From positions 11,904,001 to 11,968,000 of the forward strand of contig NW_025963791.1 of NCBI RefSeq assembly GCF_023055435.1: 64,000 nt of DNA, written 5' to 3'. Each line of letters begins with the position of its first letter. The stretch's first letter is position 1. Of the stretch, positions 51,616 to 64,000 are shown piece by piece. The notes beneath the pieces are model-generated. The model worked only from the letters and a program-made list of their open reading frames with translations. It was not told the DNA's origin and ran no database searches. The position numbers and the translations under genes were made by a program. Source of the DNA: Haliotis rufescens. Its lineage: Eukaryota.

Positions 51616-52743
51616 ATAACGTCAGTGGAGGAAATGAATATACATCAACCAATAAGTCTTTCGGCGGGCCCATTAGGAAGCTCATAGCATCTTACGTGTA
51701 AACATTCCCCCGTACCAGGGACCAGGAACACAATCTTGTTGGCACTGTAGGGCTGTGTCTCAAGTACCAGCAAACCGTGCCCAACGGTGCCCTTATATCC
51801 CTACACGAAACAGGCTGCACGTGGATTTCCGAGCGGGAGAATCATTCCCTTATACCCCGCTTCGAAGCAAAAGGCCGCACGCTTTTTCCGTGTTAATGAA
51901 AGTCATGTGACAAAGCACAAGTTCATTTAAGCTTCAACGAACAGCTGAAATCTATCAATTTTCAATTTGTTTTGATTCTTTTACAATGGCAGATTAAAAC
52001 CTGTCGTTAAGATAAATTCGTTGCAGCAGTATAACTCGCGGTACATGCGCGGTACATGCGCGGTACATGCGCGTTACATGCGCGGTACATGCGCGGTACA
52101 AGCGTCCCTCGTTAGGTTTTATACCACTCGCATCCGGCTCGCGGTATAAAACCTAACACGGGAGGCATAGAACCCAATGTGCCCCTCGTTGTACTGCTAC
52201 AACGTATACTATTACATAGTAGATGCACTTTATTGACAGGTGAGAATCCTCATCCTTTGTGATGGAAGAATTACAGTCAAACATGTCTTGCTTGACAGCA
52301 TAAATTTTTCCTAACAAGGGATAACTACTTCAAAGTTTCATCTATAAAAGATCTTTTAAAGATAAGTTCTCTAATATAAGTTACTTTTTGTTTTTTAAGT
52401 AATTATATTAACTGATAGTTTTTGATGAACAAAGAGGGTCATTCAAAGTATTTTTATGCATGCCAGATGTTTAAACGTAACGACTGAAGTCATAGGTACC
52501 ATGCAGGTAGCAGAGGTATTATAAATACACACGACTCCCAGTATGGTGGCCTTACTTCGGTAATATACCATTAATAATTTGGGGTTAACAAGTGTTTTAT
52601 ATTGCCGGAAAAAAAACGGACAATCTACCTTTTCCATACAACGTGTGTCCACAAGAAGGTTAAGATAGAGATACGAAATCAATATCAATATTTATTTATT
52701 CCAGATAATTTATCTCATTAATCGAAGATTAAATATCCGGGAG

Positions 52744-52747
<4 letters not shown>

Positions 52748-52804
<57 letters not shown>
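52748..52804. repeat. (TA)n microsatellite
   Basis: Direct reading. Confidence 0.96.
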
Positions 52805-52808
<4 letters not shown>

Positions 52809-52839
52809 ATCAATGAAGAGAGTTGTATAACAACATATC

Positions 52840-55230
52840 ACTGCATGGATCTGTATATATCAGAATAACCCTGCATGGATCTGTATATCGGAAAATCCCT
52901 GCATGGAGTTGTATATCAGAATATCCCTGTGATAGTTGTATGTCAGAATATCCCTGCATGGAGCTGTATATCAGAATATCCCTGTGATAGTTGTATATCA
53001 GAATATTCCTGCAGGGAGTTGTATATCAGAATATCCCTGTGATGTTGTATGTCAGAATATCCCTGCATGGAGCTGTATATCAGAATATCCCTGTGATAGT
53101 TGTATGTCATAATATTCCTGCAGGGAGTTGTATATCAGAATATCCCTGTGATAGTTGTATATCAGAATATCCCTGCAGGGAGATGTATATCAGAATATCC
53201 CTGTGATAGTTGTATGTCAGAATATTCCTGCAGGGAGTTGTATATCAGAATATCCCTGTGATGTTGTATGTCAGAATATCCCTGCATGGAGCTGTATATC
53301 AGAATATCCCTGTGATAGTTGTATGTCATAATATTCCTGCAGGGAGTTGTATATCAGAATATCCCTGTGATAGTTGTATATCAGAATATCCCTGCAGGGA
53401 GCTGTATATCAGAATATCCATGTGACAGTTGTATATCCGAACATCCCTGCAGGGAGATGTATATCAGAATATCCCTGTGATAGTTGTATGTCAGCCTATC
53501 CCTGCAGGGAGCTGTATATCAGAATATCCATGTGACAGTTGTATGTCAGAATATCCCTGTAGGGAGCTGTAGATCAGAATATCCCTGTATGGAGCTGTGT
53601 ATGAGGATATCCCTGTGACAGTTGTATGTGAGAATATCTCTGTAGGGAGCTGTATATAAGACTATCTCTGTAGGGAGCTGTATATAAGACTATCCCTGCA
53701 TGGAGCTGTATATCAGATTATCCCTGTGATAGTTGTATGTCAGAATATTCCTGCAGGGAGTTGTATATCAGACTATCCCTGCAGGGAGTTGTATATCAGA
53801 ATATCCTTGTGATGTTGTATGTCAGAATATCCCTGCAGGGAGCTGTATATCAAAATATCCCTGTGATGTTGTATGTCAGAATATCCCAGCAGGGAGTTGT
53901 ATATCAGAATATCCCTGTGATGTTGTATGTCAGAATATCGCTGCAGGGAGTTGTATATCAGATTATCCCTGTGATGTTGTATGTCAGAATATCCCTGCAG
54001 GGAGCTGTATATCAGAATATCCCTGTGATGTTGTATGTCAGAATATCCCAGCAGGGAGTTGTATATCAGAATATCCCTGTGATAGTTGTATGTCAGATTA
54101 TCCTTGTGATGTTGTATGTCAGAATATCCCTGTGATAGTTGTATGTCAGATTATCCTTGTGATGTTGTATGTCAGAATATCCCTGCAGGGAGCTGTATAT
54201 CAAAATATCCCTGTGATGTTGTATGTCAGAATATCCCAGCAGGGAGTTGTATATCAGAATATCCCTGTGATGTTGTATGTCAGAATATCGCTGCAGGGAG
54301 TTGTATATCAGATTATCCCTGTGATGTTGTATGTCAGAATATCCCTGCAGGGAGCTGTATATCAGAATATCCCTGTGATGTTGTATGTCAGAATATCCCA
54401 GCAGGGAGTTGTATATCAGAATATCCCTGTGATAGTTGTATGTCAGATTATCCTTGTGATGTTGTATGTCAGAATATCCCTGCAGGGAGTTGTATATCAG
54501 AATATCCCTGCAGGGAGCTGTATATCAGAATATCCTTGTGATGTTGTATGTCAGAATATCCCTGCAGGGAGCTGTATATCAGAATATCCCTGTGATGTTG
54601 TTTGTCAGAATATCCCAGCAGGGAGTTGTATATCAGAATATCCCTGTGATGTTGTATGTCAGAATATCCCTGCAGGGAGTTGTATGTCAGATTATCCCTG
54701 CAGGGAGTTGTATATCAGATTATCCCTGTGATAGTTGTATGTCAGAATGTCCTTGTGATGTTGTTTGTCAGAATATCCCTGCAGGGAGCTGTATATCAGA
54801 ATATCCATGTGACAGTTGTATATCCGAACATCCCTGCAGGGAGATGTATATCAGAATATCCCTGTGATAGTTGTATGTCAGCCTATCCCTGCAGGGAGCT
54901 GTATATCAGAATATCCATGTGACAGTTGTATGTCAGAATATCCCTGTAGGGAGCTGTAGATCAGAATATCCCTGTATGGAGCTGTGTATGAGAATATCCC
55001 TGTGACAGTTGTATGTGAGAATATCTCTGTAGGGAGCTGTATATCAGACTATCCCTGTAGGGAGCTGTATATCAGACTATCCCTGTAGGGAGCTGTATAT
55101 AAGAATATCCCTGTGATAGTTGTATATCAGAATATCCCTGTGATAGTTGTATATCAGAATATCCCTGGAGAGAACTGTATATCAGAATATCCATGTTACA
55201 AGCTCTTTTTCAGAATATTCCAGTAAGGAG
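52840..55230. repeat. 2.4-kb minisatellite of 26-28-bp units (GTTGTAT(A/G)TCAGAATATCCCTG + TGAT(A) or CAGGGA)
   Basis: Direct reading; two alternating unit types. Confidence 0.95.
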
Positions 55231-56349
55231 CTGCATTTAAGAAACATTCGACGAGTGTGACTTATCGTAAAATAATACACTGACGGGGGAATGAACCACG
55301 AGGGGCGCATATTTCAATATTATGTACAGCCTCTTAAGGATGCTGACTCCCGAAATACAATCCGACCTCGACATGGTATGGGAACTTACTGATTTTACGA
55401 AACTTGTGTCAGAAGCCATAACACCCACATTGATATCATGAATGTTCCAGATGGGTGTGGTAAAATGGGGTTTAAGATTGTGTCTCTGTGTATGTGGATG
55501 TGTGTGTTTGTGTGTGTTTGTGTGTGGATGTGCGTGTGTGTGTGTGTGCATGTGCGTGTGCGTGCGTGTGCGTGTGCGTGTCATAGTTGTATGTCATAAT
55601 ATCACTGCAGGGACTTGTTTATCAGAATANNNNNNNNNNNNNNNNNNNNNNNNNNNNNNNNNNNNNNNNNNNNNNNNNNNNNNNNNNNNNNNNNNNNNNN
55701 NNNNNNNNNNNNNNNNNNNNNNNNNNNNNNNNNNNNNNNNNNNNNNNNNNNNNNNNNNNNNNNNNNNNNNNNNNNNNNNNNNNNNNNCAGTTCAACACGG
55801 ATACCCCACGTAGACACAATATACGACCAGTATATGTTTTATGCCTTTGGGGTAGAGTAACAACGAGTAACATATTTTGATTTGGTTTGACGCGGCCTGG
55901 GATCTGGGATCAAACCCCCGACCTTCCACTCTCCGGACAGACACTCTATCCACTAGACCATAGATGCGGCCTTGTATTAGAAAGATTATATGGAGTGTGA
56001 TAAAGCATGCACATTAGTAATATGTTTAGCACAGGATATCGAGCGGATACAGCATATTAATTTCCAGCCTTTTAAATAATTAATACTGCTTGGATAGTGA
56101 AGCCAACATATGACGTCAATGGTTGATCGACGATGCATATTTAAAGGTGCAGTGACGAATAAGTATTTGCTTGATGTTCGACGTCGCACACATCAATCTT
56201 CAGCTATAACAATCAGAGAGGAATGAAGGATATTAAACGAGGGTTTGACAAATACGCTGTATATCTCATCGAGTGGAGTGATGATATTTGATATTTTCAA
56301 AAGTGGCATATAGTTTTCCTCTGTTGCAGCAAAAGATGTCTCAACTCGG

Positions 56350-56612
56350 TGAATTTCCACCCTTAGAAGGCGCGGAGTTGTGTCCCTTAGGACAGAAACG
56401 TATGGTCGTGGTCTCCAATCGGAGATTCGCCCTGCTGACGTTTCGAAGATTGTATCAGTATGATAACAGTGCTCTGGGGTTCTCCGAAGTGGTAATTTTC
56501 ATGAAAGACCTGCATCACTTTGGGCTTTCCTCCCCATATAGCTTATATCACAGAAATACACGTACCGTTCAAAGAGGCTTGAAACCAAACTTATCTTGCT
56601 GATTCACTCATT
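56350..56612 (+). mobile_element. SINE family B, old diverged copy (other decayed pieces at 1120-1272, 10660-10750, 47670-47815)
   Basis: gagttgtgtccctt..ccgaagtggtaa..gacctgcatcactttgggctttcctcccc. Confidence 0.65.
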
Positions 56613-56699
56613 CAAATAATTAAATCAATTCCCCTGAGGCTATAACTAAACATGTATCTATATGGAACATACTGTGATCACCACAAATACCCTCTCAAG

Positions 56700-56966
56700 A
56701 ACCCGTGAAGATCCGGGGTAGAACAGGTCTTCAGCAACCCATCCTTGCAGTAAAAGGCGACTATGCTTGTCGTAAGAGGCGATAACGGGATCGGGTGGTC
56801 TGGCTCGCTGACTTGGTGGATGCATGTCATGATATCCCAATTGCGTGGACCGATGCTCATTATATTGATCACTATATTGTCTTGTCCAGACCTGATTATT
56901 TACAGACCGCCGTCATATAGCTGGAATAATGCGGCGTTAAAGAACCAACCAACAAACCAACCAACC
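56700..56966 (+). mobile_element. SINE-like family A with approximate TSD (ccctctcaaga/ccctctaaaga)
   Basis: Full-length match. Confidence 0.85.
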
Positions 56967-57159
56967 ACCCCTCTAAAGATACATTGTACCGGAATATTTT
57001 CACAACTTGTTCAAAAAGATCTTGAGATCACGTGATATGCAGATTCATCACAGTATTGCTCACATTAACTTACCTCTTTTCTGAAGAGTTTCCACGCATG
57101 TTTCGCCAGAATCAAATCGGTGCGATGCGATGAATCCACAAACATACCGCTGTGATTCA

Positions 57160-57560
57160 ATACTGTACTGCGGTAATACGGCAATCGTACCGCGGTAATA
57201 CGACAATCGTACCGTGGTAATACGACAATCGTACCGTGGTAATACGACAATCGTACCGCGGTAATTCAAAATCGCACTGCGGTAAAACGACAATCGTACT
57301 TCTGTGATTCAATAGTGTACTGCGAGAAAACGTCTATAGTACTTCGGTAATTTAATATTGTACTGCGGTAATAAGGCATTCGTACATCGGAAATTAAATA
57401 TTGTTCTGCGGTAATTCTTGATATTGGATTGTGGTAATTCCGTTATCGTACCGCCGAATTCCGCAGTCTTACCGCAGTAATTCATCAATCGACTGTATAG
57501 CGGTTACTCTGCAATATTAACACAGTAATTCCTACAGCATACTGTGGTAGTTCCGCAAAT
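57160..57560. repeat. 22-bp minisatellite ACCGCGGTAATACGACAATCGT, decaying rightwards
   Basis: Direct reading. Confidence 0.85.
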
Positions 57561-57662
57561 CGTGCCGCGAAAGCTTTGCCAATCGGTTAGTAGTTGTGAG
57601 AAGTATACTCATTTACCACATATATATGTATATAAAAAATGCAATACGTCCCTAGGATTATT

Positions 57663-57945
57663 GGGGCCAAGAGTAGCCCTTTCGTCCTAGGCGCCGCAAT
57701 TCGCTGTTGAGAGTTGCATCCCTTGGACACTCCAGAAAACTATGATCGCAGGTTCGAATCCCGGTTCACCCCGAGTGTGTTTTCTATATTTCAGCATCAT
57801 ACCCGTGCTCTTGGGTTTGGCCCAAATGGTAAACGTCTGACCTGCACCACTTCGGGCTTTCCTCCCACAGTAAGCAAACACGCCGTGATATAACTGGAAT
57901 TCTGTTGAAAGCGGCATTAAACCCAATTCACTAACTCACTGACTC
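57663..57945 (+). mobile_element. SINE family B
   Basis: Full-length, moderately diverged. Confidence 0.82.
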
Positions 57946-58599
57946 AATTATCCTAAATCTTTCCACATATAAATACTGATTTTCTTCCAAAAGTACTAAT
58001 AAACAATGGCTACACTCCGAGAGCAGCCTGGCGAATTTTCCTGCTTTGATTTACAAGGCGTCAGTAAAGAATTATCAAATATTTATGAGGCAAAGGTCAA
58101 GTCTTATGTCTTGAACGGATTTAACACTTTAGCAATAGTACTTAGCTACAAGGAAGTATTTCCAAATCCTTAGAAGATGTTACATATGACTGGCCCAACC
58201 TGTCTGTTCCTAAGACACTGTGTAAACACAAACCGGGATATCAGAGGAGGTAAATTATGTGTAATCATTCAAGATTGTAAAGAATATAACATGCAGTAGT
58301 GGTATTGTTTACTTTGTTCTTCTCTAACCTAATGTTTTCTTGAGCTATTCAACCAGACATCGTGTACACAAATTAGATATACAAACATGTGCTGCATGTC
58401 ATGCCAATATTCAATAACATATTATACTATTCTTGAAATGGAATTTCCTTTTTCGTCCTTACGTATTGTTAAGTCCTTAAATTTAGTTAATGATGGACTA
58501 TATATCTCCCCATCAACCAACTGTCAGACACAGTAACCATGGTAACCACAGTTTATAAGACTGTTATTTGCATTTTTTTTTTATTATGGTGTTTATTTT

Positions 58600-58862
58600 G
58601 TTTGTGTGTTTGTTGTTTGACGCCGCACTCAGAAATATATCAGCCATATGACAGCGGTCTGTACATAATCGGATCTGGACCAGATAATCCAGTGATTGAC
58701 TTCATGAACATCGATGAATCGACGCCATTGGGATACGATGACAAGCATCAACCAAGTCAGCGAGCCTGACCACCCGATCCCGTTCGTCGCCTCAAACGAC
58801 CAGCATAGTCGCTCCTCACGACAAGCAATGGTCGCTGAAGACCAAATTCTAACTCGGATACT
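58600..58862 (-). mobile_element. SINE-like family A, diverged
   Basis: Recognisable tail and body. Confidence 0.75.
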
Positions 58863-59048
58863 TTCAAAATTCTATTCATCACGTGCTAATACCGTAACCC
58901 GTGTAATAAAATATATTAATCTTTCCCTTGCAGCGATTCGTTCATGATCAAGCTGCAGTACCCCGTTTAGAGACAATGCGTCAGTTACTGAATCCTAGCT
59001 AAAACCAAAGATTTGAACGAAAAATAAGAAGTGACTCCACATTCATCC

Positions 59049-59393
59049 ACCGCCTCCGTGGTCTAATTGTAGAGCGTCCGCCCGGGGAGCGGAAGGTCCG
59101 GGGTTCGATCCCCAGCCGCGTCATACAAAAAGACGTTAAAAGATGGTACTTGTTGTTACCCTGTCTGGCGCTCGGCATTAAGGGGCTAAAACAAGGACTG
59201 GTCGGCTCGGAGTCAGTATACTGTGTCTGAGTGGGATATTCATGTTAAACTGCGGCATGGTATCTCAGTGAGCTAGCACTATAAATCGGCTTCAGTCGGA
59301 CTAGTACAAGCAGCCAGACACACACGTACATGCACGTCGCTATATAAGTGCAATAATCTTGGACGCGACGTTAAACCCCATTTCACCTCACCA
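59049..59393 (+). mobile_element. SINE family D, 12-bp TSD CCACATTCATCC; fragments at 50897-51085 (+), 765-832 (-), 55890-55970 (-)
   Basis: A and B boxes (GTGGTCTAATTGTAGAGC, GGTTCGATCCC), TSD. Confidence 0.88.
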
Positions 59394-59939
59394 CCACATT
59401 CATCCGACATAATATTTGGTGTCATAACGAGACACTGTACGAATGGAAGATGCAGTGGGAATAAATGTGCCCTGATTCACTTTAATTAGTGGTTAGCCGA
59501 GCGAACATTTTAAACCCGTGAATACAATGGCGAGACAGGCAACTAATATATCACGGCAGCTGCTCAGGATGAATAGGAAGCACACTGCTCAAAACCTGGC
59601 GTGTTTTATCTTATAAATAGATCATTAAATTAATTATCACATAATAAAAAAGTAGTTTCCAACTGATGCACAACCAATGACAATATAAATGAACGAGCAC
59701 ATGGCACATTGTTTTGTGGGATGCGTTAAGCTTAATAGGGAACTCACCCAAAGTAATGTCTCATATGCACGTGGACATTGCTGTTTACAAGACGTGTGAA
59801 AAGAGATATATATGACATTTCTAAGTCTGAAGATACAGTAAGTCACATTATTTCGAATTCTCTTTATATTACTTTCTCTCAATTTAAGATTTTGTCGACC
59901 ACAGTGAAATACTAAATACTTATGGAGAGAATCGTCAAT

Positions 59940-60222
59940 GAGTGAGTGGGTGAGTGAATGAGTGAGTTGTGTTTAACATTATTCCAGTCATATCACGTCG
60001 TGACAGCTTAATGTGGGAGGAAAGCCAGAAGTGATTCAGGTCTCAGACGTTTACCACTTCGGTGAAACCCACGAGCACGGGTATGGTGCTGACAAACCTA
60101 GAAACATAATCGGGGCGAACCGGGATTTGAACCCACAATCATAGGTTTCTGGCGTTCTTAATGGACGCAACTCTGCACAGCGAATTGCGGCGCCTTTGAC
60201 GAGTGGGCCTCCCGTGCCCCCA
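59940..60222 (-). mobile_element. SINE family B
   Basis: Full-length; flanking CAATGAGT direct repeat. Confidence 0.85.
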
Positions 60223-61144
60223 ATGAGTAACACAAGTACACAGTGCGTATGCATTAGATAGATGCATTGGGGTATGCATACATATATTTACATAGATTTG
60301 ATAGACTGGTTACAAGGAGATTTGTTTCAGAATTTAAATCAATTTGACGTGTCTTTCTTGGAATTGATGAATACATTAAAATCTGGTATGAACTACTATT
60401 TGTGCGTCGCCGTAACTGTACTAAGATGGTGGCTTCAGTAGATTGTATTTGAAAGATATAAAATAACGTTAACTTAGTTAAAGTTTATACTGATTTTCCA
60501 CCTACCATATATACTTGGAACACATATGTGTGCATACTGTGTGACGTTATGCATCGACCCTTTCGACTTGGACCTTTCATAGTTTCATGAATGACTTTCT
60601 GCACTTGTCTAACGTTTTTCGTAGAGTTTGTAAAATGCAAAAAAACTAGTTTCAGACATGTACATGGCATGTGTTTTATGTTAAATATAAGCAGCGTTTC
60701 ATTAAATATATGACATCAACGCCAGAGAATACCCAGTCTCGACTATCCGCCGAAACAAAATTCTTTATATGAATGGATAACTGAAAGTGAGTGAGGACAC
60801 CAGGTGTTGGCTGAAAGGGTAAGCCTGTCCTGCCCTACCGGTAGCATCTTCCCCTCACACAATTTGCATTAAAAAGGTAGTGTTCATACTTATTTCACAC
60901 CTACCCCGTATGTCATACCCCCAAGTTTTACATAAAGGTTATCTATGAGGAAGTGAATATTTCACATGCTGTGTTCTCAGTGAACTTCAGTTGGCATTTG
61001 CTTTCCTTGTTGTCAAAGTGTCCTGAACCCCTGAAGATAGATGTGTAACTGTAACTATTGTCGCCACAAATCCCTATGAATCAAGGAATGAAGTAGTTCC
61101 TGACGTTTGTCGTGTGGGACAAAGTTGATAAATCAAATAAAATG

Positions 61145-63445
61145 TCAGTGCACGTGTCTTCCTCCCTACATGTGTCTACCTCCCTCTGTTCACACATGTG
61201 TCTTCCTCCCTGTGCCCATGCATGTCTACCTCCTTGTGTCCATGCATGTGTCTACCTCCCTGTGTCCATGCATGTGTCTACCTCCCTGTGTCCATGCATG
61301 TGTCTACCTCCTTGTGTCCATGCATGTGTCTTCCTCCCTGTGTCCATGCATGTCTACCTCCTTGTGTCCATGCATGTGTCTACCTCCTTGTGTCCATGCA
61401 TGTGTATACCTCCCTGTGTCCATGCATGTGTCTTCCCCCTGTGTCCATGCATGTTTCTATCTCCATGTGTCCATGCATGTGTCTTCCCCATGTGTCCATG
61501 CATGTCTCTATCTCCATGTGTCCATGCATGTGTTTATCTTTGTGTGTTCATGCATGTGTCTTCCCCCTGTGTCAACGCATGTGTCTACCTCCCTGTGTCC
61601 ATACATGTGTCTCCCTCCCTATGTCCATGCATGTGTCTTCCTCCTTGTGTCAATGCATGTGTCTACCTCCCTGTGTCCATGCATGCGTTTACCTCCCTGT
61701 GTCCATGCATGTGTCTTCCTCCTTGTGTCAATGCATGTGTCTACCTCCCTGTGTCCATGCATGTGTCTACCTACCTGTGTCCATGCATGTGTCTTCCTCC
61801 TTGTGTCAATGCATGTGTCTACCTCCCTGTGTCCATGCATGTGTCTACCTACCTGTGTCTATGCATGCGTTTACCTCTGTGTGTCCATGCATGTGTCTAC
61901 CTCCCTGTGTCAATGCATGTGTCTGCCTCCTTGTGTCCATCCATTTGTCGACCCCTACCCCCCGTGTCCATGTATGTGTTTACCCCTGTGTGTTCATGCA
62001 TGTGTCTACCTCCCTGTGTCTATACATGCGTCTACCTTCCTGTGTCCATACATGCGTCTACCTTCCTGTGTCTATACATGCGTCTACCTTCCTGTGTCCA
62101 TACATGCGTCTACCTTCCTGTGCCCCTGCAAGTGTCTCTCAGTGTCCATGAGTATGCCTGTGTATCTGTGTCGATACATGTGTCCATCTCTCTGTGTCCA
62201 TGCATGTGTCCATCTCTCTGTGTCCATGCATGTGTCCATCTCTCAGTGTCCACGCATTTGTTTATCTCTCAGTGTCCATGAGTATGCCTATGTATCTGTG
62301 TCGATACATGTGTCCATCTCTCTGTGTCCATGCATGTGTCCATCTCTCTGTGTCCATGCATGTGTCCATCTCTCTGTGTCCATGCATTTGTTTATCTCTC
62401 AGTGTCCATGCATGTGTCCATCTCTCTGTGTCCATGCATGTGTCCATCTCTCTGCGTCCATGCATGTGTCCATCTCTCTGCGTCCATGCATGTGTCCATC
62501 TCTCTGCGTCCATGCATGTGTCCATCTCTCTGTGTCCATGCATGTGTCCATCTCTCTGTGTCCATGCATGTGTCTATCTCTCTGTGTCCATTAACGTATC
62601 CATCTCTGTGTGTCCATGCGTGTGTTTATATCTCAGTGTCCATGAATATGCCTGTGTATCTGTGTCCATGCACGTGTCCATCCCTCTGTGTACATGTATG
62701 TGTCTATCTCTCTGTGTCAATGAATATGCCTGCGTTTCTATGTCCATGCATGTGTCTAACTCTCTCTGTCCATGCATGTGTCTATCTCTCTGTATCGATA
62801 CATGTGTCTATCTATCTGTATCCATGAATATGCCTGTATATCTGTGTCCATGCATGTGTCTATCTCTCTGTGTCCATGAATATGCCTGCGTTTCTATGTC
62901 CATGCATGTGTCTATCTCTCTGTGTCGATACATGTGTTTATCTCTCTGTATCCATGAATATGCCTGTGTTTCTGTGTCCATGCATGTGTCTTACTCTCTC
63001 TGTCCATGCATGTGTCTATCTCTCTGTGTCGATACATGTGTCTATCTATCTGTATCCATGAATATGCCTGTTTATCTGTGTCCATGCATGTGTCTATCTC
63101 TCTGTGTCCATGAATATGCCTGTGTTTCTGTGTCCATGCATGTGTCTAACTCTCTCTGTCCCTGCATGTGTCTAATTCTCTGTGTCGATACATGTGTCTA
63201 TCTCTCTGTGTATATGAATATGCCTGTATATCTGTGTCCATGCATGTGTCTATCTCTCTGTGTATATGAATATGACTGTATTTATGTGTCCATGCATGTG
63301 TCTATCTCTCTCTCTCCATGCATGTGTCTATCTCTCTGTGTCCATGAATATGCCTGAGTGTGTTTCTTTGTCCATGCATGTGTCTTTCTCTCTGTATCCA
63401 TGAATATGCCTGTGTATCTGTGTCCATGCATGTGTCTATCTCTAT
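61145..63445. repeat. 2.3-kb minisatellite, ~26-bp unit TGTCCATGCATGTGTCTA(CCTCC/TCTCT)CTG
   Basis: Direct reading; it produces the Cys-rich ORFs in all + frames. Confidence 0.95.
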
Positions 63446-64000
63446 CTGATTCGTTATAATAGTAGGCCCACTTCATGCCCAATATGACTGAGCACAATGT
63501 AATTATTAATTATACATGATCCTATGTCCCCTATGCGAATGGGAGTGTATGTTTCCTCTGTCGTCCTAGCATGTGACAAGATAGGTTACTAGAGCTGTCT
63601 TATATCTATTTATTTACTAACAACTTTCTCACTTGCGTTGTTTTGTTGTTCATTTAAACAACTCAATGTATGAGGCACACCAGTTCATGAAAATAGACAA
63701 ATAGCAACAGATAAAAGAGTTTTATGTTTAGTACGTTACACTCTTATACGTTACCTCTATCATACGAATTAGAATATTCCCGCCATAAAGGTTTAAATCA
63801 CTTGGCTAGGTATGAGAAGCAATGAGATTTTGACCATGTGCTACACTTCGGGCCGAATTTGACGTTGTCAAAGAGACGTTACATACCAGTTTCATGACAT
63901 TGTTTCCAAACAAATTTGTGAGTATACACATCAAAGTCTATATCTCCTGATAGAACCACTGATGGTTGTATTTATGACAGGGTGTGAAGATTGTTTGAGG

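Noticed and set aside
52991-54922. CISEYPCDVVCQNIPAGS repeat ORFs that look EGF-like
   Set aside because: Translation of the minisatellite; frames shift with 26-28-bp units.
61107-63357. Long Cys-rich ORFs (metallothionein- or keratin-associated-like)
   Set aside because: Open in all three frames because the 26-bp repeat lacks stops; indels are not frame-preserving.

Overview
AT-rich invertebrate genomic DNA with many N gaps. The SINE and microsatellite content looks molluscan, possibly an abalone-type gastropod (inference only). Positions 1-48 kb hold a tandem cluster of Toll-like receptor (LRR-TM-TIR) genes. It contains one intact + strand TLR (ATG 5646 to 8252), a frameshifted and deleted copy of it (15820-16327), and three near-identical minus-strand TLRs of a second subtype (A, B, C) in units of about 10 kb. 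The ORF track misses the true starts of the minus-strand genes. Each has a 28-nt coding exon 1 about 2.8-3.6 kb upstream, spliced in phase 1 to a 2633-nt exon 2, giving an 886-aa protein with a signal peptide. The cluster shows signs of active remodelling: a TIR tract shared at about 95% nucleotide identity between otherwise divergent subtypes, a middle gene that is an A/C hybrid, promoter deletions, and substitutions concentrated in the ectodomain. The rest is four SINE families (one with no tRNA head but a structured, precisely defined 5' end), MITEs, minisatellites and microsatellites. Positions 48-64 kb contain no credible gene. I see no wholly new system. The best novelty candidates are the headless structured retroposon, the Z-loop-like TLR insert, TIR homogenisation and a possible secreted decoy. 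All alignments and counts were done by eye.
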